A stretch of DNA of 64,000 nt, taken from positions 141,656 to 205,655 of the forward strand of contig OOHL01000002.1 of NCBI GenBank assembly GCA_900321105.1, read 5' to 3'. The translations under genes and the position numbers were made by a program. The stretch's first letter is position 1. The number at the start of each line of letters is the position of its first letter. The notes beneath the pieces were generated by a model. That model was not told the DNA's origin and searched no databases. It was given only the letters and a program-made list of their open reading frames with translations. Of the stretch, positions 38,425 to 48,045 are shown piece by piece. The DNA comes from an uncultured Pseudomonadota bacterium. Lineage in GTDB: Bacteria > Pseudomonadota > Alphaproteobacteria > Rs-D84.

Positions 38425-38601
38425 CAAAATAACCGCCAAAACAACAAAGGCGGTTGGAGGTTAAGAACAATTTAAAGACGAAATTGCACCGTTTATTCAA
38501 TATATTCACAGTCCTCCAACCAATCGTTGGAGATTCTTTTACGTCTTTTTCGACGGTCTTCAAATAGGTTCTTAAGCCTAATCAACAAAACCCTTGCTGA
38601 C
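38425..38601 (-). ncRNA. Unrecognised structured cis-regulatory leader RNA, copy 2
   Basis: Homolog of 6882-7060 with covarying helices, identical GAATATATTGAATAA loop and terminator aaccgcc/ggcggtt. Confidence 0.75.
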
Positions 38602-38673
38602 ACAGCAATTTTATAACAAATAAGTATTTAATTACAAGTAAAAAAATACCCGCATTTTGCGGGGAAACATAAA

Positions 38674-40911
38674 TTATTTTCCGAATTTACCACTGCGTGG
38701 AAAGCCTACTGGTATTGTATGACCCTGGGATGCACGTTTCGCCAACCATGGTTTAATATCATCCAATTTTGTTGTTCCGCGGCCCGTTGTCCATCCAAAT
38801 CCATCCACCATATTAAAGAACATAGCATCAATAGTATATGTGCGTTCAGCGTTATATTTTTGTAATATTACACCCTTGCCACGTGTCATTTCTGGGATTT
38901 GGTTTGCTTCAAATATCAGCAATTTATCGTTTGAGCCCGACAATGCAACCATATCACCATCAACGCGCACACATAATACCGCCGGATTTTTATCATCAAC
39001 GTTCATAATCTGTTTACCGTTTTTGGTTTGTGCAACACAATTTTCACCGGCAACGATAAATCCTGTTCCGTGTCTTCCCACAACCAGATATTTCGCGTTT
39101 GTATCCAATACGAACGCTTTTACAATCGTTTCTTCGGCACTGATGTCTGCCATCATACGCACTGATTCACCAAAACCACGTGCCGATGGCAAATCGTTTC
39201 CAGATAATGTGAACATTTTACCGCCACTTGCAAACAAATTGATTTTATCGGTTGTTTGTGCGTGAAACGCGAATTGTAATTCATCACCTTCCTTGAATTT
39301 CATATCAAGGTTGTTCAAATCCAAGTGACCCTTGGCCGCGCGTATCCATCCCATTGTGGACAACACGACAGTAATAGGTTCTTTTTCTATAAATTCATCC
39401 GCATTAACAACGATTTCTTCACCGACTGGCACCCATTGAGTGCGACGGCGCCCCAGTGCTGTTGTTTTTGCATACTGTTTTTTAATATCATCAAACCAGG
39501 CGTGCAATTGTGCATTTTGAATTTCTTCGCTGTTCAACAATGCCTGTAATTTATCTTTTTCTGCACGCAATTCTTTGTCTTCGCGTTTGATTTCCATTTC
39601 TTCCAATTTACGCAAAGAACGCAAACGTGTATTCAATATCGATTCAACCTGAATTTCAGTCAGTTTGAATTCATCCATCAATACAGCCTTTGGATCATCT
39701 TCGTTACGGATTATTTCAATAACGCGATCCAAATTCAAATAAACTATCAATAATCCGCCCAAAATCTCCAATCTGCGTTCTATATTCCCCAGACGCCATT
39801 TAGTGCGACGCAATAAAACATTTTTCTGGTGCGCAATAAATTCACGCAACACATCACCAATTGGCATAACACGTGGTGCGCCTTTTGAATCAACGACATT
39901 GAAATTCATATTGAATTTATATTCCAAATCAGTCATTGCAAACAAATGCGCCATCATTTTATCAATTGGAATATTGCGACTTTTTGGTGTAATAACGATA
40001 CGCACATCGGTCGTTGATTCATCAACAATATCTTCGACCAGTGGCAATTTTTTTGCATCAATTAAATCTGCAATTTGTTCCACTAATTTAGATTTTATAA
40101 TACCGTATGGGATTTCGGTGATAACAACCTGTTCTGCACCACGTTCTAATTTTTCAGTTTCCCATTTTGCACGAATACGAAATGCACCGCGTCCAGTATC
40201 ATAGTTTTTACAAATTGTTGCAAAATCATCAATTAAAACGCCACCAGTTGGGAAATCAGGTCCAACCAATTTTTTCATAATTTGTTCTGTGGTTGCGTCT
40301 TTTTTATCAACAACCAGATTTAACGCATCCATAATTTCAGATACATTATGTGTTGGAATATTCGTTGCCATACCAACCGCAATACCCATACCACCATTGG
40401 CCAATAAATTAGGAAATGCGCCTGGCATAACCGTTGGTTCAACCGTTGTCCCATCAAAATTAGGCATCATGTCAACGCTGTCTTCGTCAATGCCTTCCAT
40501 AATCAGCATTGCTGCCGCCGTCATTTTTGATTCTGTATAACGATATGCAGCCTGGGGATCGCCATCAATATTACCAAAGTTTCCCTGGCCATCAATCAAT
40601 GGATAACGAACCGAAAAATCTTGAGCCAAACGCACCATCGCATCATAAACAGATGAATCACCATGTGGGTGATAATGCCCCAGCACGTCCCCAACAACCG
40701 TTGCGCATTTACGAAAAGCCGCATTTGGCGACAATTTTTGCCGCAACATAGAATACAAAATTCGACGATGCACAGGCTTTAAACCATCCCTTACATCAGG
40801 CAATGCGCGCGCCACAATCGTACTTACCGCGTACGACAAATAACGTTCAGACAATGCATCTGATAATTGTTGACCTGATATATTTTCAACTGTATTTTCG
40901 ACTTTTCTCAT
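38674..40911 (-). CDS. parC: DNA topoisomerase IV subunit A
   Basis: [29 protein letters not shown]; short CTD without a GyrA box; start moved to 40911. Confidence 0.92.
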   Translation of the reverse strand: MRKVENTVENISGQQLSDALSERYLSYAVSTIVARALPDVRDGLKPVHRRILYSMLRQKLSPNAAFRKCATVVGDVLGHYHPHGDSSVYDAMVRLAQDFSVRYPLIDGQGNFGNIDGDPQAAYRYTESKMTAAAMLIMEGIDEDSVDMMPNFDGTTVEPTVMPGAFPNLLANGGMGIAVGMATNIPTHNVSEIMDALNLVVDKKDATTEQIMKKLVGPDFPTGGVLIDDFATICKNYDTGRGAFRIRAKWETEKLERGAEQVVITEIPYGIIKSKLVEQIADLIDAKKLPLVEDIVDESTTDVRIVITPKSRNIPIDKMMAHLFAMTDLEYKFNMNFNVVDSKGAPRVMPIGDVLREFIAHQKNVLLRRTKWRLGNIERRLEILGGLLIVYLNLDRVIEIIRNEDDPKAVLMDEFKLTEIQVESILNTRLRSLRKLEEMEIKREDKELRAEKDKLQALLNSEEIQNAQLHAWFDDIKKQYAKTTALGRRRTQWVPVGEEIVVNADEFIEKEPITVVLSTMGWIRAAKGHLDLNNLDMKFKEGDELQFAFHAQTTDKINLFASGGKMFTLSGNDLPSARGFGESVRMMADISAEETIVKAFVLDTNAKYLVVGRHGTGFIVAGENCVAQTKNGKQIMNVDDKNPAVLCVRVDGDMVALSGSNDKLLIFEANQIPEMTRGKGVILQKYNAERTYTIDAMFFNMVDGFGWTTGRGTTKLDDIKPWLAKRASQGHTIPVGFPRSGKFGK

Positions 40912-41010
40912 GATTCTTTCCGCTTTTATCAGGTAAAGATTAAAACATTTGAAAAAATAAAACAAGCAAAAAACCGCCATATAGGCGGTTTTTTTGAAAT
41001 TGGACACAAA

Positions 41011-41217
41011 TTAGAATCCAAAGACCATACGTTGTTTCGATTGACGTTTCTTTTCGTTACGAACCGCTTCTTCTTTCAAGCGTTTACGTTTGGTCGTTGG
41101 TTTTTCGTAACGTTGACGTTCTTTCATTTCGCGGTACAGACCTTCTTTTTGTGATTTACGTTTCGCAACACGCAAAGCCTGTTCAACGTTGTTATCACGA
41201 ACCAAAACTTTAACCAT
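41011..41217 (-). CDS. rpsU: 30S ribosomal protein S21
   Basis: [18 protein letters not shown]. Confidence 0.95.
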   Translation of the reverse strand: MVKVLVRDNNVEQALRVAKRKSQKEGLYREMKERQRYEKPTTKRKRLKEEAVRNEKKRQSKQRMVFGF

Positions 41218-41370
41218 TATGTATTCACCCCCTTTGGCGAATTTGTATTGTATTTGTTAATGCTGATGACGATTTTATATTATAAAAACCGAAAACACAA
41301 GAAAAATCTTGACTTTTATTTGATAAATGAATAAAATATGTGGGCTTTCAAAAGAAAGTCGCAAAGTTCT

Positions 41371-41443
41371 GGGGTTGTAGCTCAGTTGGTAGAGCACCTG
41401 CTTTGCAAGCAGGGGGTCGTCAGTTCGAGCCTGATCAGCGGCT
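41371..41443 (+). pseudogene. tRNA-Ala(TGC) with a damaged 3' acceptor strand
   Basis: Normal D, anticodon and T arms; 3' strand CAGCGGC gives G.G mismatches with GGGGTTG; no CCA. Confidence 0.75.
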
Positions 41444-41534
41444 TTATTGCCCTATATAAAAATATTTTACAAAAATCTTGACAAACACAAAAATATGTCT
41501 ATAATAAGTGATGTTACAAAAGGAAAAATAACAA

Positions 41535-42269
41535 ATGACAGAAACAAACAATATTTCGTTTAGACAAAACGTGTTGGAAACTGTTGTGCAAACGCTTCAT
41601 TATGAAGAGCCTCGCACAAGAAATTTTCAACCAATAACAGAAATAACCAGATTAGATGAAGATTTAGACCTTCAATGCTGGAGCGTCGCTTTCTTTATAA
41701 ACGCTCTTGAAGAAGTCACACAATTAAATTTAGATACACTTTTAAGCGATTTGAACACTATTGGTGATATATGTGATTTAGTTGAACAAAGATTTAAATC
41801 TGCAGACAAAAGATTATTAATGCATAAAGTTTTTGCAACTAAAATTTTACCTTATCTCAACACTGCACCATCTATTATAGCAACAAAAACAGCGACAACT
41901 TTAAAACAAAAACAAGTAACCCAACCAAAGGAACAAAAAATGATACAACTTTTAGAAGGTTATAATCATGCAATAACACCTGAATCTGTTTTTTATAATG
42001 TTAAACAGATTTTATTGGTTCAAAACAATAAAAAAGCATTGAATTTGTCAATGGATTTTCAAATGATTAAAGATTTGAAAATGTTCGGATCAAAACTTAC
42101 AAACTTGGTCAAAGAATTGGAAAATCGCTATCAATTGCCTATCGTATCACAGGCACAAATTCAACGTGCAAAAACTCTGCAAGAATTCTGTGCAATATGT
42201 GCTGGCGATTTGAACAAAGGCAGAATAGCAGTTATTTCCGGACAACAAATGGCTCAAAACAAACGATAA
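41535..42269 (+). CDS. Hypothetical protein with two degenerate ACP-like domains
   Basis: ITEITRLDEDLDL..FINALEE..TIGDICDLV; second copy near the C-terminus; no DSL motif. Confidence 0.6.
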   Translation: MTETNNISFRQNVLETVVQTLHYEEPRTRNFQPITEITRLDEDLDLQCWSVAFFINALEEVTQLNLDTLLSDLNTIGDICDLVEQRFKSADKRLLMHKVFATKILPYLNTAPSIIATKTATTLKQKQVTQPKEQKMIQLLEGYNHAITPESVFYNVKQILLVQNNKKALNLSMDFQMIKDLKMFGSKLTNLVKELENRYQLPIVSQAQIQRAKTLQEFCAICAGDLNKGRIAVISGQQMAQNKR

Positions 42270-42287
42270 TATAAAAGGCAAAATAAA

Positions 42288-42929
42288 ATGGCAAAAACAG
42301 AAATCACTTATAATCAGTTGTTCAAAGCAGCCCAAGAATATTTAGTGCAAGAAGATAAAGAATTGTATTTAAATCCACGCGATGTGACTGCTACATCAAA
42401 ATTAAGTGATTTACATTTTGATGATGCCGTAAAAATACAATTAATCAAATATGTGGAAGAAAAATTCAATATTCCACAGGTTGATGACGACGAAATAGAT
42501 TACAGAAAATATAGTAATCTGGGTGAATTTTGTCGTGCATTATTCGTCATCATAAACAGACCAGATGTTAAAAAAGAAAACCCACAAACACGCGAAGAAG
42601 TTTTCTCGATTATAAACAAACATCTTTACGAACACTATGGCATTTATTTTGCAAAACCAATATCAAATTGGTCTAAAGATTTTGGGTTAAAAGATTTTGA
42701 CATTCCAAACTTTTATGATTGGGTACAAAGAACATTTTCAATAGAATTGCCTTATTTCTATTTCAAAGATTTAAACGCTTTGTGCGACATTGTTTGGTTG
42801 CAAATAAACAAGAAAAAAGAAAAACAAAAATTGAAATTGAAACAACAACAATTCAAAGAAAATATTAAATTAAAAGCACAACAAACTTTCAATAAAGTTG
42901 CGAATTTGTTCAAATCTCATACAAAATAA
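42288..42929 (+). CDS. Hypothetical protein with two degenerate ACP-like domains
   Basis: VTATSKLSDLHFDD..LIKYVEEKFNI; DFGL..WVQRTFSIEL..LNALCD. Confidence 0.6.
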   Translation: MAKTEITYNQLFKAAQEYLVQEDKELYLNPRDVTATSKLSDLHFDDAVKIQLIKYVEEKFNIPQVDDDEIDYRKYSNLGEFCRALFVIINRPDVKKENPQTREEVFSIINKHLYEHYGIYFAKPISNWSKDFGLKDFDIPNFYDWVQRTFSIELPYFYFKDLNALCDIVWLQINKKKEKQKLKLKQQQFKENIKLKAQQTFNKVANLFKSHTK

Positions 42930-42951
42930 AAAACGCCCGCTTGGGCGTTTT

Positions 42952-43776
42952 TTATTTGTTCTTAACATGCACATCCATTTGTGGAAATGGAAAATGTAAT
43001 TTATTTTTTGGGAACTTTTTATATACAGTTTCCAATACTGCCGCTTTGGTTGGTAATAAATCATCAAAAGTTGTCCAATAACGAATCGTTATTACAACCG
43101 CGCTATCATCCAGGGATGCAACGAAAACGATTGGCACAGGATCTTTCAAGACACGTTTATCTTTCTTTAATATTTTCAAAGCCAATTCACGCGCATGTTC
43201 CACATCATCACCATAAGATATCGCAACATTTAAATCTGTTCTGCGTGTTTCGCCCATTGCCAGATTAGTTATAACACCATTTGCCAATGCACCATTTGGT
43301 AAAAACAAAACCTGGTTATCAAAAGTATTTACTTGCGTTGTAAATATCATAATTTTCTTTACGACACCAACAGTACCATCGGCCGTTTCAATTGCATCAC
43401 CAACACGAAATGGTTTGAACAATAATATCACAATTCCGCCGGCTACATTTTGCAGCATTCCTGACAATGCCATACCTATTGCCAATGATGCGGCACCTAG
43501 CACTGCTACAATAGATGTCATTTGAACACCCATTGTTGTTAATATGATAATAAACACAAACACTTTCATTGTGATGTTCAAAAACGATAATGTGAATGTT
43601 GCAAGTGACGGTTCAACATTGTGTATTTTCATACCATATCCAACCGAAGCAATAACTTTCTTCACAACCCAAAAACCAACCAGCCATATCGCGATTGCGG
43701 CCAATAGTTTCATACCGAAATCAGCAACCAATTGACCAATTGTCATTACCAGGGAATCAAGTGTCATATTTTGCAT
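42952..43776 (-). CDS. mscS: Small-conductance mechanosensitive channel
   Basis: LGAASLAIGMAL, KPFRVGD, LPNG, FPFPQMDVH. Confidence 0.92.
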   Translation of the reverse strand: MQNMTLDSLVMTIGQLVADFGMKLLAAIAIWLVGFWVVKKVIASVGYGMKIHNVEPSLATFTLSFLNITMKVFVFIIILTTMGVQMTSIVAVLGAASLAIGMALSGMLQNVAGGIVILLFKPFRVGDAIETADGTVGVVKKIMIFTTQVNTFDNQVLFLPNGALANGVITNLAMGETRRTDLNVAISYGDDVEHARELALKILKKDKRVLKDPVPIVFVASLDDSAVVITIRYWTTFDDLLPTKAAVLETVYKKFPKNKLHFPFPQMDVHVKNK

Positions 43777-43875
43777 TTTTTAATCCTTTCCTTACCAACA
43801 AAAATCTAACAAAAAAACCTGATTTTATGCAAGAAAAAAACACCGCCAAAACGGCGGTGTTTTTTCATAATTTTT

Positions 43876-45933
43876 TTATTGTATCAATAATTCTTTGCCA
43901 TGTACATCAACATTGACTGTCGAGCCTTCACCAACCGCGCCAGACAAAATCAAATCTGCAATTTTATCTTCCACTGCGGTTGTTATAAGTCGTTTCAATG
44001 GACGTGCACCAAAGACTGCATCATAACCATTATCAGCCAACCATTGAATTGCCTTGTCACTGACACGCAAAGATATTTGACGTTCAGATAACCTTTTTTC
44101 CAATATCTTTAACTGGATTTTAACAATATTGCCCATAACGTCTTTACCCAGCGCATTAAAGAAAACAATTTCATCGATACGGTTAATAAATTCAGGTCTG
44201 AATTGTTTTTTCACTGCATCCATACTTGGCAAATTACTTGTCATAATAATGATAGTATTTGTGAAATTAACAATGCGCCCCTGCCCGTCTGTAAGACGTC
44301 CATCATCCAATATTTGCAAAAATACATTGAACACATCAGGATTTGCTTTTTCAATTTCATCGAATAACAATACCTGATATGGACGACGACGTACAGATTC
44401 TGTTAATTCGCCACCTTGTTCATACCCCACGTATCCCGGGGGGGCACCGATTAAACGCGCAACCGAATGTGGTTCCATATATTCAGACATATCGATTCGT
44501 GTCATTGCGGTATCATCATTGAACAGATATTCAGCCAATGCTTTTGCAACCTCTGTTTTACCGACACCGGTTGGTCCCAAGAACATAAATGAACCAGATG
44601 GACGACGTGGGTCACTTAACCCTGCGCGTGAACGACGAATCGCACGTGCAACAACAGACAGCGCGTGATCTTGACCAACAACACGTTTACGTAATTCATC
44701 TTCGATATTTAATAATTTAGATTGTTCTTCGACCGACAATCTGTCCGCGGGAACACCTGTCCATTTTGATACAACAGCTGCGATATGTTCTGGTAATACG
44801 GTTTTATATTCTTTGGATTCGGTGTTTTGTTTTTTGATTTCTTCTTCCAATTCTGGAATTTTACCGTATTGTAATGCCGATGCTTTTTCATAATCGCCAT
44901 TACGCATTGCGATTGCAACCTCGGCACGTGCGGCATCCAGTGCAGCCATCGCATCAGACAAACCTTTCATTTTCTTTTGTTCATCAACCCATTTTGCAGT
45001 CATCTCGCGGGATTCAGATTCCATTTTTTCAATCAAAGATTCCAAATCTTTCAAACGTTTTTTTGATTCTTCGTCTTTTTCTTTTTTCAAGGCTTGTTGT
45101 TCAATTTTAAGTTGCATTAAATGACGGTCCAGTTCATCCAGTTTTTCCGGTTTGGATGCAATTTCAATACGAACACGCGCAGCTGCTTCATCAATTAAAT
45201 CGATTGCTTTATCTGGTAAAAATCTGTCTGTAATATAACGATTCGATAATTTTACCGCCGCTACCAGTGCGGAATCCGCAATACGAACACCATGGTGTCC
45301 TTCGTATTTATCTTTCAGCCCACGCAAGATGGAAATTGTATCATCAACTGTTGGTTCGTCTACATAAACAGGTTGAAAACGACGTGCCAATGCCGGATCT
45401 TTTTCAATGTATTGACGGTATTCATCCAATGTTGTCGCACCAACACAGTGTAATTCACCACGCGCCAACATAGGTTTTAATAAATTACCAGCATCCATGG
45501 AACCTTCGCCCTTGCCTGCGCCGACCATAGTGTGCAATTCATCAATAAATAAAATTATTTCACCATTGGCTTCTTTGACTGCCTTTAATATTGCTTTCAA
45601 TCTTCCTTCGAATTGACCACGGAACATTGCACCCGCCATAAGCGCACCCATATCAAGTGATAATAATTTTTTGTTTAATAAATTTTCAGGCATATCACCG
45701 GAAACTATTCTTTGTGCCAGCCCTTCAACAATAGCTGTTTTACCAACACCAGGATTTCCAATCAAAACCGGATTATTTTTCGTACGACGCGACAATACTT
45801 GAATTGTTCTGCGTACCTCGTCTTCACGACCGATAACAGGGTCTAATTTACCTTCGCTTGCCAATTTAGTAAAATCAGTAGTGTATTTTTCAATTGCTTG
45901 CTGTGGTGTTTCTTGAACTTCATCTGGATTCAT
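43876..45933 (-). CDS. clpB: ClpB chaperone lacking the N-terminal domain
   Basis: [15 protein letters not shown], coiled-coil M domain, [15 protein letters not shown]. Confidence 0.9.
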   Translation of the reverse strand: MNPDEVQETPQQAIEKYTTDFTKLASEGKLDPVIGREDEVRRTIQVLSRRTKNNPVLIGNPGVGKTAIVEGLAQRIVSGDMPENLLNKKLLSLDMGALMAGAMFRGQFEGRLKAILKAVKEANGEIILFIDELHTMVGAGKGEGSMDAGNLLKPMLARGELHCVGATTLDEYRQYIEKDPALARRFQPVYVDEPTVDDTISILRGLKDKYEGHHGVRIADSALVAAVKLSNRYITDRFLPDKAIDLIDEAAARVRIEIASKPEKLDELDRHLMQLKIEQQALKKEKDEESKKRLKDLESLIEKMESESREMTAKWVDEQKKMKGLSDAMAALDAARAEVAIAMRNGDYEKASALQYGKIPELEEEIKKQNTESKEYKTVLPEHIAAVVSKWTGVPADRLSVEEQSKLLNIEDELRKRVVGQDHALSVVARAIRRSRAGLSDPRRPSGSFMFLGPTGVGKTEVAKALAEYLFNDDTAMTRIDMSEYMEPHSVARLIGAPPGYVGYEQGGELTESVRRRPYQVLLFDEIEKANPDVFNVFLQILDDGRLTDGQGRIVNFTNTIIIMTSNLPSMDAVKKQFRPEFINRIDEIVFFNALGKDVMGNIVKIQLKILEKRLSERQISLRVSDKAIQWLADNGYDAVFGARPLKRLITTAVEDKIADLILSGAVGEGSTVNVDVHGKELLIQ

Positions 45934-46102
45934 TGTAATACCTCTTTTTTTATTATCAATGTCTATATAGTCACACTTTTTGAAAATTCAAGACTTTCGG
46001 AATACACACCTAGGCGAACAAAATAATATAAAAAATGAAAACATTACTTGACTTTTACCAAATTATATTATAAATTATTGCCCAGTAATTAAAGGATTTA
46101 AA

Positions 46103-46483
46103 ATGCCACGTACATGTAAAGTAACTGGAAAAAAGACAATGGTTGGAATGAATGTATCGCATTCTATGCGTCATACAAAACGTACATTCTTGCCAAATTT
46201 ACAAAAATTATCGTTCCACAGTGATATTTTGGGACGTGATTTCAGCCTGCGTATTTCTACTGCTGGATTGCGCACATTAACAAAACACGGTGGATTGGAT
46301 GCCTATGTAATGGCGAAACCTGTATCCCGTTTGACACCAGAAATGGCTGCAATTAAAAAAGCCATTGAAAAGAAAAACGGCAAAGCCGAAAAGCCTGCAA
46401 AAAAACCGGTTCACAAACCAACACGCAGCGCACGTTTGGTAAAAAAGGTCGAAGCTAAAAAAGCAGCCGCAAAAGCAAAATAA
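46103..46483 (+). CDS. rpmB: 50S ribosomal protein L28 with a Lys/Ala-rich tail
   Basis: CKVTGK...NVSHS..TKR.FLPNL. Confidence 0.93.
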   Translation: MPRTCKVTGKKTMVGMNVSHSMRHTKRTFLPNLQKLSFHSDILGRDFSLRISTAGLRTLTKHGGLDAYVMAKPVSRLTPEMAAIKKAIEKKNGKAEKPAKKPVHKPTRSARLVKKVEAKKAAAKAK

Positions 46484-46502
46484 GCGACTGTGATTAAGTT
46501 AT

Positions 46503-46587
46503 GGCCCTGTGGCGGAACTGGTAGACGCGCTTGACTCAAAATCAAGTTCTGCAAGGAGTATCGGTTCGATTCCGATCAGGGCCACCA
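46503..46587 (+). tRNA. tRNA-Leu(CAA)
   Basis: GGCCCTG/CAGGGCC acceptor stem, CAA anticodon, CCA. Confidence 0.95.
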
Positions 46588-47004
46588 GAAATAAGAAAAC
46601 GTTCCCTTGTGGGACGTTTTTTTATTTATGCTTGGATATGACGAAGAGAACCGAAGGTTCGGAGACGATAGTTGGCGAAAACGAGCATAGCGAAGTTTAA
46701 GCCTTACGAGTCGATGGGGACCCAATGTGAAACATTGGGGTATAACATTCCGATCAGGGCCACCAGAAACGAAGAAATACACACCATTGAGGTGTGTATT
46801 TTTTTGTTTGTTATGTTTTGTTGATCGGAAGCGAACAGCGGTTCGTAACGTAGCGAAGCGAAGTGAAAAGGGCCCGCGTTCATCAGTTAAAAAAATAAGG
46901 GACAACAAGTAGATTTTGTAAATGTAAATGCAACAAAATCGTTACGGTTGCCGCATAGGCACCAAGTGCCGAGCGAATCTACATTCCGATCAGGGCCACC
47001 AGAA
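46569..47004 (+). repeat. Three direct copies of the tRNA-Leu 3' end
   Basis: attccgatcagggccaccagaa at 46569, 46747 and 46983. Confidence 0.9.
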
Positions 47005-47108
47005 TACAAGTAGATTACACAAGTAAAACGCAGTGTAATCGTTACGGTATCCCCGAAGACACGAAGTGTCGAGGGAAATAAAGACAAACACCCCGCACGG
47101 GGTGTTTT

Positions 47109-47813
47109 TTAATTATTTCTCCAAATCACACTTTCAAATAAACTTTCTATTTTTTTCTTTAATTCATCATCGTTAAAGAATTGTTCGCGCTGTGCTGGGG
47201 TTGTCTGTGCGGCCTCTTCTTCGTGATATGGTGTATATTTTTGCACTGCGAAATGTTTTGCGCCCATACCACTTGCGATATTTGCGATTTCCAGCAAGTC
47301 TTCCTTGCTTACATAACGCGGATCGCATGTTGTACGCACTTCCAATCCACGTCCTGTTGATATCCAATATTTCAGAGATTCAATCATACGATCATAAGCA
47401 ATATCGATTTTGGTTAAATCTTTATAGTGTTCTTTGGTGGCTTTGAAATCAAGACCAACCCAATCAACAGTATCAGAAACCTTTTTCAATAAATCTGGAT
47501 AAAAACCATTTGTATGCAAACCGATTGAAAAACCAAGTTCTTTCACACGTTTCATATAATCGATTGTAATGTCTGCCTGCATCAAGGCTTCACCACCCGA
47601 AAACACGATGCCTTCCAGTTTTCCAACACGTGCCTTTATCCAATCAAAGACTTTTTCTGGATCGTATTCGCCCTGTTCCACAGCAATCAGATGCGAATTC
47701 GAACAATATTCGCATTTCAGCGGGCATCCTTTTAAAAATAATACAGCGGCCAGTTTTCCCGGATAATCAATAGTCGTAAAGGAAACCAGGCCGCCGATTT
47801 GTAAATCTTTCAT
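47109..47813 (-). CDS. nrdG: Anaerobic RNR activating radical-SAM protein
   Basis: DYPG..GCPLKCEYC, SGGEA; downstream of nrdD. Confidence 0.9.
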   Translation of the reverse strand: MKDLQIGGLVSFTTIDYPGKLAAVLFLKGCPLKCEYCSNSHLIAVEQGEYDPEKVFDWIKARVGKLEGIVFSGGEALMQADITIDYMKRVKELGFSIGLHTNGFYPDLLKKVSDTVDWVGLDFKATKEHYKDLTKIDIAYDRMIESLKYWISTGRGLEVRTTCDPRYVSKEDLLEIANIASGMGAKHFAVQKYTPYHEEEAAQTTPAQREQFFNDDELKKKIESLFESVIWRNN

Positions 47814-47827
47814 ATTGAACCTGATAA

Positions 47828-48010
47828 CTAGGCAGCCTTTCTCATCAATTCTTCGTGACGTGCACCAGCGGTCAAAGAATTTGCTTCTGTAAAAGTATTT
47901 CTTTCTTCGAATTCAGCACGTTTGCCGATGTTAAAATTGCTGATTGGTCTGATGTATCCCATTGAACGTGAAAATGTTTCGCATGGTGTTCTTTGTGCTT
48001 GTGGGTTCAT
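47828..48010 (-). CDS. Stand-alone NrdD glycyl-radical domain
   Basis: RTPCETFSRSMGYIRP...NIGKRAEF; SD GGAG before ATG 48010. Confidence 0.8.
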   Translation of the reverse strand: MNPQAQRTPCETFSRSMGYIRPISNFNIGKRAEFEERNTFTEANSLTAGARHEELMRKAA

Positions 48011-48045
48011 TTTTTTCTCCTTTCCCTTTTTATTTGTTTTTTTAT

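Noticed and set aside
46569-47004. Possible CRISPR array
   Set aside because: The repeat is a tRNA 3' end, spacers exceed 150 nt and are unequal, and there are no cas genes.
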